From: Squalus acanthias
Taxonomy: Eukaryota
DNA length: 64,000 bases
Assembly (NCBI GenBank): GCA_030390025.1
Contig: CM059438.1
Coordinates: forward strand, 69,504,001 to 69,568,000
Reading direction: 5' to 3'
Shown: positions 38,041 to 50,083 of the stretch, one piece after another
How the letters are laid out: each line of letters begins with the position of its first letter
How positions within the stretch are numbered: position 1 is the first letter of the stretch
The notes under the pieces: generated by a model
The model's database searches: none
Told to the model about the DNA's origin: nothing
Seen by the model: only the letters and a program-made list of their open reading frames with translations
Translations under genes and position numbers: made by a program

Positions 38041-39972
38041 GGCCGTGAAATTCAGCCCCTTAGTGTCGGCTGATAAGGCCGGTTTCGGTGAAAAATGGCG
38101 AGGCAGCCGCCATTATGGGCAGGTAGGCAGTGCTGCCGTTGCCTGCACTCACTGCAAATATAGTAATTAGTCAGATCGTGACGTCAATCAGCGTGCTATT
38201 TCGAACATCGCCGCTCCTTTTAACGACCTCTCCAAAGCACACACGGTACGATGGACCCCCCACCAGCGCTTCTTAAAGGGACACATGCAAGTTTACATTT
38301 TTGCTTTTGTACTGGTTTCTTTACATTTTATTTGAGTAGTGGCTTGGTGTAAGACATTTAAAAAGTTGTTAAATTGTGAAGGGAGTGCAGGGAGCGCTGC
38401 TGGACATTTGCAAGGCTTTGCCTCTTGAAGGAAGGCCTCTGAGAACACCACTTGCTCCCAGTCCTGGGGGCTCTAGTTGCAGTCCCCCCCTTGGGCTGCT
38501 GCATGACATGGAGATGGAGCAGAGGCAACAAAGGGGTCAAGCTCCTCGCAGAGGGAGGAAGAGGAAACAGAAGAGGAGGAAGCGGAAGGAAGGAGGCAAC
38601 CCAGTCAGTCCCTTTCTGGCCGGAATATCCGGGATGGAATCATCCGCCTGCGGTACCAGTGAACCCAACCCCAATTCACTTTTCAACATTTGTCCCACAC
38701 CTTACCTTCTCTCTGTTACTGACCATCGCAACGTCCTCTTGGCCACAATGCTGAAATAAAAGCCACCACAAAGCAAACTTTCCAATCCAACTTTATCCAT
38801 ATATGCATCCAATATTACATTAAAAAATCAACTAATCACCTTTGTGCATTCCCTTAATGAGTCTTGCATGTGCCTTTGCCTATCGTAGTGCTCTTCCGCA
38901 ATGCTAACCCAGTGGTTGCAGCGTGACTGTTGGAAGGCTGCTTATTTCAGTTGCCTCGTAGGATGACCTTGATTAGCTGGTGGCTGGGAGTGTGTAATCA
39001 AGTGATGGTGTTTCTTCTTCACTCTCCTCTCCCTCTTCTTGGTCAACCATTGGCTGAGCAGGCTAGATTTCTTGGGTGTCTGAAATGACAAAGGCACAAG
39101 TGTCGGGTTGTGGTGAGGGGAGGAGGGTAAAGCAAGAGGTGCATGCTTACACTATGTGCAGCTTGTAAGTAAGAAGATATTGTAGGATGAGGGGAAAGTG
39201 GCATGTGAGAAGGAGGATATCGTATGAGGATACCGGCATCTTATATTCTTTCAGCCCTGCCGCTGGCCAAGGGCCTGCCTAGAATGGCCAGCACGTCTCC
39301 TCCAAGGGGGTGAGGTGAAGCTAGGAATGTGAGGTGTGCCTCGTGTTTGGTAGAGATTGTTGGTAGGTGAGTGATGGGGGCGGGTGAGTCATGCAATGAG
39401 CAGTGTGTGAGGCTAGTTGTGCAGTTGGTAGGCGACGGCTTTTGAAGATGCATTCACTGACCTTGAACACTTGTCTGAGGTCATGAAACGTCTTTGGGCA
39501 CTGGAGCCAGGTCCTGGGGGTGACATTGCTGGCAGTGACCACCTCGGCGATCTGGTCCCACATCCTTCTTTCTGCAGAACCTTCTGGCCCTCTGCGGGTA
39601 GAGGACCTCTCTTTCAATGTTCACCGTCTGCACAAAGCTTGAGTGTTATATCTGAGACCTCTGGTGCCCTTTCCCTGGCCTGTTGAGCCGATCAGCAGAA
39701 GGCAGCTCACCTTTAAGAGGTGCAGACTGCCTTTAATAGGCGCAGACTAGCTTTAAGTAAAGATAACCTCGCGCGAACATCGAGATTTTGGGTCCCCTGC
39801 TGAGTGCACAGCCTGTAAGCAGCACGTTCAGTGCTGGGCTTTGCGCTACAATCATTACAATCAGCAGACAACACGAATTTGACATGCTGCCTGAGGTCCT
39901 TTGAATGGGCGCAGGCATATCCTGCATCACGGTGCCCGTGCCCATTTTTCAGTGCTATCGAATTTCACCCCC
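38041..39972 (+). mobile_element. Internally deleted, decayed Harbinger of a second family
   Basis: ATT TSD (38038-38040, 39973-39975). TIRs GGCCGTGAAATTC / GGGGGTGAAATTC. Minus-strand degenerate Myb/SANT exon (MWDQIAEVVTASNVTPRTWLQCPKTFHDL, ~39460-39690) ending at a gtcagt donor, and a basic-rich remnant resembling a transposase N-terminus at ~38376-38640 (+). Confidence 0.85.
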
Positions 39973-40272
39973 ATTGTATTTTCTCCTCTTGATCTCTTGG
40001 GGCCAAATAGAGGTGGGAAAGATGACTGAACTCCAGGCTTCTGTTAATGTTACTCTGTAACTGGCCACAAGGAGTGCTGTGTGAAGGAGTGCTGTCCTGT
40101 GAAGTTCCTCCCAATGTTTTTTGTCCTCTCTCTCTCTGTGGAAGCTACCTAATTCTGCTTTGAGTGCTTCTGACAGTACAACTAGAAACATAGAAGATAG
40201 GAGCAGGAGTAGGCCATTCAGCCCCTTGAGACTGTTCCGCCATTTAATGAGATCATGGCTGATCATCCAAAT

Positions 40273-43075
40273 TCAGTACCCTGTCCCTGCTTTCTCCCCA
40301 TATCCCTTGATCCCTTTAGCCTTAAGAAATATATCTAACTCCTTCTTGAATATATTTAATGAATTGGCCTCAACTGCCTTGTGTGGTAGAGAATTCCACA
40401 GGTTCACCACTCTCTGGGTGAAGAAATTCCTCCTCATCTCAGTCCTAAATGGCTTACCCCCTATCATTAGACTGTGACCCCTGGGTCTGGACTGCCCTGC
40501 CATCGGGAACATCCTTCCTGCATCTAGTCTGTCTAGTCCTGTTAGAATTTTATAAGTTTCAATGAGATCCCCTCTCATTCTTCTAAACTCTAGCGAATAT
40601 AAGCCTAATCGACCAAATCTCTCTCCATACCTCATTCCTGCCATCCCAGGTATCAGTCTGGTGAATCTTCGCTGCACTCCCTCCATGGCAAGAACATCCT
40701 TCCTCAGATAAGGTGACCAAAACTGCACACAATACACAAGGTGTGATCTCACCAAGGCCCTGTACAACTGCAGCAAGGCATCCTTGCTCCTGTACTCGAA
40801 TCCTCTCGCTATGAAGGCCAACATACCATTTGCCTTCTTAACCGCCTGCTGCACCTGCATGCTTACCTTCAGCGACTGGTGCACAAGGACACCCAGGTCT
40901 TGTTGCACTTCCCCTTTTCCCAATCTATTGCCGTTCAGATAATAATCTGCCTTCCTGTTTTTGCCAGCAAAGTGGATAAACTCGCATTTATCCACATTAT
41001 ACTGCATCTGGCTTGCATCTGCCCAATCACCCAACCTGTCAAAATCATACTGGAGTTTCTCTGCATCCTCCTCACAGCACACACACCCACCCAGCTTTGT
41101 GTCGTCTGCAAACTTGGAGATATTACATCTAGTTCCCTCGTCTAGATCATTAATATATATTGTGAATAACTGGGGTCCTAGCACCGATCCCTGCGGTACC
41201 CCACTAGTCACTGCCTGCCACTCAAAAAAAGACCCGTTTATTCCAACTCTTTGCTTCCTGTCTGCCAATCAGTTCTCTATCCAAGTCAGTACCTTACCCC
41301 CAATCCCATGTGCTTTAACTTTGCACGCTTATCTCTTATGCGGGACCTTATCGAAAGCCTTCTGAAAGTCCAAATACACCACATCCACTGGTTCTCCCTT
41401 ATCTATCCTACCAGTTACATCCTCAAAAAATTCCAGTAGATTAGTCAAGCATGATTTACCTTTTGTAAATCCATGTTGACTTTGTCCAATCCTGTCACTG
41501 TTTTCCAAGTGCTCTGCTATTACATCTTTTACAATGGACTCTTGCATTTTCCCCACTACCGATGTCAGGCTTACCGGTCTATAATTCCCTGTTTTCTCTC
41601 TACCACCTTTTTTAAATAGTGGGGTTACGTTAGCTACCCTCCAATCCATGGGAACTGTTCCAGAGTCTATAGAATTTTGGAAGATGACCAGCAATGCATC
41701 TACTATTTCTAGGGCCACTTCCTTAAGTACCCTAGGATGTAGATTATCAGGCCCTGGGGATTTATCGGCCTTCAATCCCACCAATTTCCCTAACACCATT
41801 TCCCTACAAATACTGATTTCATTTAATTCCTCCCTCTCATTAGACCCTATGTTCCCCGACATCTCTGGGAGGTTATTTGTGTCCTCCTTTGTGAAGACAG
41901 AACCAAAGTGTGTATTTAATTGGTCAGCCATTTCTTTGTTCCCCATTATAAATTCCCCTGATTCTGACTGCAAGGGACCTATGCTTGACTTCACCAATCT
42001 TTTTCTCTTCACATATCTATAGAAGCTTTTACAGTCAGTTTTTATGTTCCCTGCAGTTTACTCTCATACTCTATTTTCCCCCTCTTAATTAATCCCTTTG
42101 TCCTCCCTTGCTGAATCCTAAACTGCTCCCAATCCTCAGGTTTCCTGCTTTTTCTAGCCAATTTATATGTCCTCTCCTTGGATCTTATGCTGTCCCTAAT
42201 TTTTCTTGTTAGCCACGGTTGAGTCACCTTTTTTGTTTTATTTTTCTGCCAAACAGGGATGAACAAATTCTGTAGTTCATCCATGCGATCTTTAAATGTT
42301 TGCCATTGCCTATCCACCGTCAACCCTTTAAGTAACGTTCCCCAATCCATCCTAGCCAACTCGCACCTCATACCATCGTAGTTTCCTTTATTTAAATTCA
42401 GGACCCTAGTCTCTGAGTCAACGACTTCACTCTCCATCTCAATGAAGAATTCTATCATATTATGATTGCTCCTCCCCAAGGGGCCTCACACAACAAGATT
42501 GCTAATTAATCCTTTCTCGTTACATAATACCCAGTCTAAGATGGCCTGATCTCTAGTTGGTTCCTCGACATATTGGTCCAGGAAACCATCCCGTATACTC
42601 TCTAGGAATTCCTCCTCCACAGTATTGTTATTAATTTGGTTAGCCCAATCTATATGTAGATTAAAGTCACCCATGATAACTGCTGTGCCCTTATTGCATG
42701 CGTCTCTAATTTCCCATTTAATGCCATCCCCAACCTCAGCATTATTGTTTGGGGGTCAGTATACAACTCCCACTAATGTTTTCTGCCCCTTGGTATTTCT
42801 CAGCTCTACCCATACAGATTCCACATCATCAGAGCTAATATCCTTCCTTACTATTGTGTTAATCTTCTCTTTAACCAGCAATGCTACCCCACCTCCTTTT
42901 CCTTTTGCCTGTCCTTCCTGAATATTGAATAACCCTGGATGTTGAATTCCCAGCCTTGGTCACGCTGGAGCCATGTCTCCGTAATCCCAATTATATCATA
43001 TCCATTTACATCTATTTGCGCAGCTAATTCATCCACCTTATTACGAATGCTCCTCGCATTAAGACACAAAGCCTT
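40273..43075 (-). pseudogene. CR1 ORF2 (APE endonuclease plus reverse transcriptase) broken into at least five ORFs
   Basis: LNARS, GITETW, MGDFN, SNHN, KSPGPD, NYRPVSLTS, YLDFQKAFDKVPH, GVPQGSVLGP and FADD in ORFs 42884-43069, 42486-42674, 42042-42479, 41329-42012 and 40273-41268. Confidence 0.95.
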
Positions 43076-43258
43076 CAGGCTTGTTTTTTTAACACTTAGT
43101 CCTTTTACATTTATTATTTACTGTAGCCCTATTTGATTTACACCCTTGATTTCTCTGCCTTCCACTTCTGCTTTTCTCCTTCATGTCTTTTGTTTCTATC
43201 CTTGCTTCCCTTTCCTCTGTTTCCCTGCACAGGTTGCCAACCCCCTGCCATTTTAGTT

Positions 43259-44161
43259 TAAACCTCCCCAACAGCACTAGCAAACACTCCCCCTAGGACA
43301 TCGGTCCCGGTCCCGCCCAGGTGCAAACCGTCCAGTTTGTACTGGACCCACCTCCCCCAGAACCAGTTCCAATGTCCCAGGAATTTGAATCACTCCCCCT
43401 TGCACCATTCCTCTAGCCACGTATTCATCTGAAATATCCTTCTATTTCTACTCCTGACTAGCACGTGGTACTGGTAGCAATCCTGAGATGACTACCTTTG
43501 AGGTCCTATTTTTTAATTTACCTCCTAACTCCCTATATTCAGCTTTTAGGACTTCATCTCGTTTTTTACCTATATCGTTGGTACCTATATGCACCATGAC
43601 AACTGGCTGTTCACCCTCCCCCTCCAGAATGCCCTGCAGCTGCCCCGAGACATCCTTGACCCTTGCACCAGGGAGGCAACATACCATCCTGGAGTCTCGT
43701 TTGCGGCCGCAGAAACACCTATCTAGTCCCCTTACAATAGAATCTCCTATCACTATAGCTCTCCCGCTCTTTTTCCTCCCGTCCTGTGCAGCAGAAACAG
43801 CCATGCTGCCAGGAAGTTGGCTGCTGCTGCCTTCCCCCGATAAGCCATCTCCCTCAACAATATCTGAAGTGGTATATCTGTTTGAGAGGGGGCTGGCCAC
43901 AGGGGACCCCTGCACTACCTGCCTGTGCCTACTACTTTGCCAGGCGGTTACCCATTCCCTTCCTGCCTGTGCAGCCTTTACCTGCGGTGTGACCAACTCC
44001 CTAAACGTGCTGTCCATGATGTCCTCAGCATCGCAAATGCTCCAGTATGTATCCATTCGCAGCTCCAGCGCCGCAATGTGGTTTGCCAGTAGCTGCAGCT
44101 GGATACACTTCCCGCACACGTGGTCCCTGATTTCCCACATAATGCAGGAGGAACATGCCAT
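43259..44161 (-). pseudogene. CR1 ORF1: zinc finger/coiled coil plus SGNH esterase, frameshifted near 43450
   Basis: CSSC...CGKC, IVIGDSIVRG, CLPGARVKDV and VHIGTNDIG; after the frameshift, YKLDGLH (DxxH). Confidence 0.9.
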
Positions 44162-44487
44162 GGGGGCCGAGCTGTGCTGTTAAGACTTACCCTTTAATTA
44201 ATTTAAATTAAATCAAATCAATACCGCTAATTACACAATTAAATTATATACTCAAGGGCTCTTGTTTACTAGCACTCCCCGCTACACAACAGAGACCGTA
44301 GAAAGTATAACCACAAAAATTAAGACCTTCTAAACTTTATAAATTATTAACCTTAACTGTCAAACTATAGAGTAATATAAATACTCACCTGGCCGTACTC
44401 ACCCAATCAGCTGCTTCCTCTTGCCCGCGTCACTTTTTGAATCTTGACGTGGCTCTGGAACGCCGCCGCCGGTCTGCAAGATTGGTG

Positions 44488-44641
44488 AGCCTCTGGAAAA
44501 AAAAAAGCCCGCAAAAGTGTGTTTAAATACTCACTGTACTCTCCTGTTGCTCTCGACACCAGCCTCTGGGGGGGAAAAAAGCCCGCAAAAGTGAGTTTAA
44601 ATACTCACTGTACTCTCCTGCTGCTCCCGACACCGGCCTCT
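44488..44641 (-). repeat. 73-74-bp tandem monomers at the CR1 5' end
   Basis: agcctctgg...aagcccgcaaaagtg.gtttaaatactcactgtactctcctg.tgctc.cgacacc at 44488 and 44561, with a third start at 44635. Confidence 0.9.
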
Positions 44642-44756
44642 CTAAGTGGAGTTCAAACCTTGCCAAGTCTCCTTATACCACAACACAACTGTAACCTATA
44701 CTATGCAGTTGGAATACAAAGAATCATTCGGTATTAACTGTTGGTTAGTTCAGCTT

Positions 44757-45690
44757 TAGAATCATAGAATGTTACAGCACAGAAGGAGGCCATTCGGCCC
44801 ATCGTGCCTGTGTCAGCTCTTTGGTAGAGCTATCCAATTCATCCCACTCCCCTGCTCTTTCTCCATAGCCCTGTAATTTTTTTTTCCTTCAAGTATGTAT
44901 CCAATTTTCTTTTGAATGTTACGATTGAATCAGCTTCCACCACCCTTTCAGGCAATGCATTCCAGATCAGAACAACTCGCTGTGTAAAAAAAAAAGTTTC
45001 CTCATGTTGCCTCTGGTTCTTTTGCCACTCACCTTAAATCTGTGTCCTCTGGTTAACGACTCTTCTGCCACTGGAAACCGTTTCTCCTTACTCTCTCAGA
45101 ACCGATCATAATTTTGAACGCTGCTATCAAATCTCCTCTTAACCGTCTCTTCTCCAATGAGAAAAAATCCCAGCTTCTCCAGTCTCTCCACATAACTGAA
45201 GTCACTCATCCCTGGTACCATTCTAGTAAATCTTTTCTGCACCCTCTCCAAGGCCTGGACATCCTTCCTGAAGTGTGGTGTGCAGAATTGAACACAATAC
45301 TCCAGCTAAGTCTAAACCAGTGTTTTATATATGTGCAGCATAACTTATTTGTTTTTGTACTCTATTAAGGCAAGGGTTGCATGTGCTTTTTTAACAGCCT
45401 CCTCAACTTGTCCTGCCATGTTCAAAGATTTGTGTATATACACCCCCAGGTCTCTGTTCCTGCACCCCGTTTAAAATTGTACCATTTACTTCATTCTTGC
45501 TACTTCACATTTCTCAGCGTTGAATTTCATCTGCCATGTGTCTTCCCATTTCCAGCAGTCTGTCTATGTCCTCCTAAAGTCTGTTACTAACCTCCTTATT
45601 GTTTACTACGTTTCCGACTTTCGTATCATCTGCAAACTTGGAAATTCTGCCCTGTATACCCAAGCCCAGCTGATGAATATATATCAAATT
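44757..45690 (-). mobile_element. CR1 LINE 3' fragment, same subfamily as 16867-18010
   Basis: Colinear with 16867-17950; tail atcatagaatgttacagcacagaaggaggcc. Confidence 0.88.
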
Positions 45691-46329
45691 GGCAGAAACT
45701 GTACCTTTCTTTCCTGCTTAACTTTCAAATAAATGCATGGGAACTGTTGGGTTTGTGTCATGCAGTGAAATCCTCGCTAAAACAAGTTCTCTAGATAATG
45801 GAGTTTTCATTCTCAATACATCAGCCGAGGCAATTAAGTTAGACCTGTATTCCTCTGTGCTGCATTTCTGAAGCCATAATCTCAAATTAACTTGCGCAGT
45901 AGGTATAATTTGTTTCATTGTCACCACCGAATCCCTGTTAATCACATCACTTGCTTATTGTTGAAGTGTTTGTATTTTTTTATGAATAATAATGATGTCA
46001 TTTATCAAAACAAAATCAAATGGGCTTGCATTTTCTTTATTGATTGGATAATGCAGTGTGAACGGTTTTAGCTATTGTTTTTTTAATTATCAAAGAAATG
46101 GAAGAGCATTAAAATCTGTTGAATAAAAGAATTACTCCCCTCCGTTGTTTTATATCAGAAGTATCTACTAAAAGGGCCTTCAAAATGTTTTTTTTCAAGA
46201 TCTTTAAAGTTTCCAAATAATATAAAAATCCAAAAGCAAAATACTGCGGATGCTGGAAATCTGAAATAAAAACAGAAAATGGTGGGAAACACTCAGCAGG
46301 TCAGGCAGCATCTGTGGAGAGAGAAGTCT

Positions 46330-46921
46330 TACTCCAATTATATAGGGCCTTGGAGGGACCACGCCTGGAGTACTGTGTACAATTTTGGTCTCCTTACCTA
46401 AGGAAGGATATACTTGCCATAGAGGGAGTGTAACGAAGGTTCACGAGATTGATTCCTGGGATGGTGGGACTGTCGTATGAGAAGAGATTGAGTAAACTAG
46501 GCCTGTATTCTCTTGAATTCAGAAGAATGAGAGGGGATCTCATTTGAAGCATACAAAATTATTACAGGGCTTGATAGGATGGATGCTGGGAGAATGTTTC
46601 CCTTGGCTGGGGAGTCTAGAACCAGGGGCCACAGCCTCAGGATAAAGGGTAGGCCATTCAGGACTGAGATGAGAAGAAATTTCTTCACACAGAGGGTGGT
46701 GAATCTTTGGAATTCTCTACCCCAGAGGGCTGTGGAGGCTCAGTCATTGGGTATATTCAAAACAGAAGTCGATAGATTTCTGACTAGTAAAGGCATCAAG
46801 GGATATGGCGATAGGACCGGTGAATGGAGTTGAGGCAGAAGATCAGCCATGATCTCATTGAATGGCGGAGCAGGCTCGAAGGGCCGAATGGCCTACTCCT
46901 GCTCCTATTTCTTATGTTCTT
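46330..46921 (+). mobile_element. 5'-truncated CR1 LINE 3' end inserted into a Penelope terminal repeat
   Basis: RMFPLAGESRTRGHSLRIKGRPFRTEMRRNFFTQRVVNLWN. The Penelope repeat stops at ...tggagagagaa (46325) and resumes aaacagagtt (46922). Confidence 0.92.
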
Positions 46922-48628
46922 AAACAGAGTTCACATTTCAGGTCGATGACCTTTCGTCAGAACCTATAAAAATCTGACTTCTTATAAAAAATATTGATCA
47001 AATGTATTTATGGATTGACTATTCAAGGCTGTTTTGGTGGGTTGGGAGAAAATCTATATTTGGTAAGATTTGGTAAGGAGCTGATTGAGGATAGATAGTG
47101 CTCGACCTGTGTGAAATGGCAGAATATGATTCTATACAATGTTAACTTAATATTGGGTGGAAGAACTGCAAGTCTTGTATTGTAAGTGTTTTAACTGTTG
47201 GATGATATGCATCAACTGCGCCTGTATCACAAATTTCAATAGCACACAAAATAATCTTGTATTTCATGCTATAAAAAGTTAATGTCAGATCTCCCCGCTT
47301 GCAAATTACAACCTGCTATTTTTGTTACAACTGACATCTCATTTACAGATATCGATTGAAGCGCAATACAAATTGGTCAAATTCCCAGATGACGCCAAAG
47401 CAGATGAAGCAGTTGAATCTGAGGAGGCAGCTCAAGAGCTGTAAAATGAATCAGACAAAATGTCAGTGAATATATCAATGGCAATCGAAACTGAATGTGG
47501 ATAAGTTAAAAGAAGAAAAATATGTGAATTAAGTTTTCCAAGAACAGTGTCAAAATAGCTAAGGATGAAGTTGAAAGAGATTGAAAAGTTTTAGTACATT
47601 CAATGCTGATATGTAGTGATTGGACATGTTGAGCAATCAAAAAAGCTGATAAAATGCGGAACTATGTCGTCAAGATAGTACATTACAAATTGGAGGAAGT
47701 CATGTTCAGATTGTACAGTATTCTGGTCAGATCTCACCACGAGTCTGCTCCCAATTTTGACCACCGTGATACAGAGAGACAATGGCCCAGAAATTCTGCG
47801 GGCGGAGGGCTGCGATCTGGAAAATTCTGCGCCTGGACCAGAGGGCTCCCAGGAGGCGCAGAGTTCCGTTGCTGGGCCTCTCCAAACTGCCGGTGTGCGG
47901 GGCCCACGTATCCCAAAGGCGCAGGCGGTTCGCAGCGTCCCTGGGATCACGTGGGCCATGGGGAGCCAATCAGAGAAGGGAATCTCCCTTCATACATTTG
48001 ACAGGATGACCTGTCAAATATATGAATAGAGATCACCCCCAAAACATAGTAAAAACTTAAATAAATTTTTAAAAAATCACATTTTTAAAATGACTTTAAA
48101 TTAAAATAAATTAAGGGGTAAAAATTCAGTTGGTTGCGCCTCCCGTTAGCGCCTTAAATGGGCGCTAATGGGGCGTTAAGGCGCTAACGCCCGGGCGCAG
48201 CGCTGTTTGCGCCGCTCGACAACTTAACTTGAGATTGTGCGGCGGCGCTAAAACTTACCGCTGCGACCACCTGCGCGCGCAGATTGTGACGTCAGTCCGT
48301 GGTGCAACGCCCTTGGGGCGCCCCGGAGCGGAAATTGAGTGGCGCCCCCTGCCTTACCGCCTGGCGCTTCCAACGACCGGAAGACTGGAACGTTATCAAT
48401 CGGTCTGGGGCTGGGGGGGGCGCTATTTAAAGGGGGCCTCTTCCTGTCTTTTTCTGTGGTCGACATTTATGCACCACTCGTTCTGAGAGAGAGAGAGAGA
48501 TTCGGAGAGAGAGAGAGAGAGAGACTTCTACATTGACTCAACGCTTTGTGAGGTAGTTTTGCCTAGTTCATCCTAACTTTGCTGCTACTTTCGTTGCTGT
48601 ACCTCATTACTTTTCTGGCAAAGAGAAG

Positions 48629-49789
48629 ATGGGGGCTGCAATGATTGGGGGCGTCGTCCTGCTCCAGCTCAATCGGAGCAGAGTGAGACGCAGACAGAGA
48701 GTGGCAATGATGGCCAGACGGAGGAGGCCCATCAGGCGCATGTACAGGAGAGCTTACCCTCCCAGGGTATATCGTGAACAGCTCTCCTACATCCACATGT
48801 CCGAGGAGCTGTGTTTGCGAAGGCTGCGATTCAGCAAGGAGGTGGTCACTGAGCTCTGCCACCTGCTGCAGCCAGATCTGCAGCCTCAGCTGAGGTCCAG
48901 GACGTCTCTGTCAGTGGCAGTGAAGGTCACAGTGGCCTTGAACTTCTACGCCACTGGCTCATTCCAAGCTGCTGTTGGGGACCTCGCCAATATCTCCCAG
49001 TTTGCGGTGCATCGCTGCATCCGGCAGGTCACCAATGCCCTCTTCACAAGGAGACGAGACTTCATCTCCTTCCCTATGACCCCAGACAAGCAGCATGACC
49101 GTGCTATGGGCTTTGCGAGGGTAGCGGGCTTCCCCATGGTGCAGGGCGCCATTGACTGCACGCATGTGGCTTTGCGTGCTCCGCGAGAGAATGCAGAGGA
49201 GTTCCGGAACAGAAAGGGGTTCCATTCCTTGAATGTGCAGTTGGTCTGTGACCACAGACAGGTGATTCTTGCTGTCAATGCCCACTATCCGGGCAGCTGC
49301 CACGATGCTTTCATCCTGCGCCAGAGTACTGTGGCAGAAATTTTCGAGGCACCGCATCAGCCAGTTGGTTGGCTTCTGGGGGACAAGGGGTACGCATTGA
49401 GCACCTGGCTGATGACACCGCTCCGTGCGCCAAACACCCCTGCTGAGCTGCGGTACCAGGAAAGCCAACAAGCAACGAGGAACATTATTGAGCGCACAAT
49501 CGGCGTGCTCAAACAACGATTCCGCTGTCTGGATCATTCCGGAGGAGCCCTGCAGTACTCGCCTGAGCAAGTTTCCAAATTCGTAGTGGTGTGCTGCATG
49601 TTGCACAACATGGCAATCCTCAGGACGCAGCCAATGCCACCAGGCCTTGCAGCACCACAAGAGGAGGAGGAGGAAGAGGAGGAACAGGCCGAGGACGATG
49701 ATCAGCAGCAGCACCAAGGCAGGAGGGCGGCCCACAATGGTCAAACTGCAAGGGCCGTCCGTCAACGACTAATAGCAAGCCGCTTCTAG
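48629..49789 (+). CDS. Harbinger (HARBI1-like, DDE_Tnp_4) transposase, 386 aa, single exon
   Basis: Open ORF with good Kozak context (aagATGg). Motifs GFPMVQGAIDCTHV, NRKGFHSLNVQLVCD, PGSCHDAFIL, WLLGDKGY and RNIIERTIGVLKQRFRCL give a complete D-D-E triad. Acidic C-terminal tract. Confidence 0.95.
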   Translation: MGAAMIGGVVLLQLNRSRVRRRQRVAMMARRRRPIRRMYRRAYPPRVYREQLSYIHMSEELCLRRLRFSKEVVTELCHLLQPDLQPQLRSRTSLSVAVKVTVALNFYATGSFQAAVGDLANISQFAVHRCIRQVTNALFTRRRDFISFPMTPDKQHDRAMGFARVAGFPMVQGAIDCTHVALRAPRENAEEFRNRKGFHSLNVQLVCDHRQVILAVNAHYPGSCHDAFILRQSTVAEIFEAPHQPVGWLLGDKGYALSTWLMTPLRAPNTPAELRYQESQQATRNIIERTIGVLKQRFRCLDHSGGALQYSPEQVSKFVVVCCMLHNMAILRTQPMPPGLAAPQEEEEEEEEQAEDDDQQQHQGRRAAHNGQTARAVRQRLIASRF

Positions 49790-50083
49790 GGCCCCTGCCA
49801 GTGCTACAAACACGAATCAACCCAGCACGCAACCCCTAAGCCGGCCAAGGCACCAATAATTCCAACCACCAGCCATGTATATTTTGAATACAGAAACTTA
49901 TTTATTGTACAAACTCTGTGTGTGTCAATTCCTCATGACAAACTCATAGAAATAAACACAAAAAAACAGTCAATAACATAACTGGTTCTCACAACCTGGA
50001 GATAATGTCCAAAACACTAAACAAAAGTTGGGCCATGAACCTCGGCCTTTAATAAAAAAATGACCAGCATTTTGGCACACCTC

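Larger units (their letters stand above)
40183..44641 (-). mobile_element. Near full-length CR1 LINE, decayed
   Basis: ORF1 and ORF2 remnants in order, 3' UTR with gaatggcctactcctgctcc and an atgtttct-type tail, and a 5' region with tandem monomers. 5' boundary approximate. Confidence 0.93.

Noticed and set aside
48959..49765. 268-aa antisense ORF and other shadow ORFs over the Harbinger and CR1
   Set aside because: Expected by-products of GC-rich coding sequence; no recognisable motifs.
48629..49789. Domesticated host HARBI1 gene
   Set aside because: Flanked by TIRs and a TSD, paired with a Myb/SANT gene and nested in a MITE, so it is a transposon copy.
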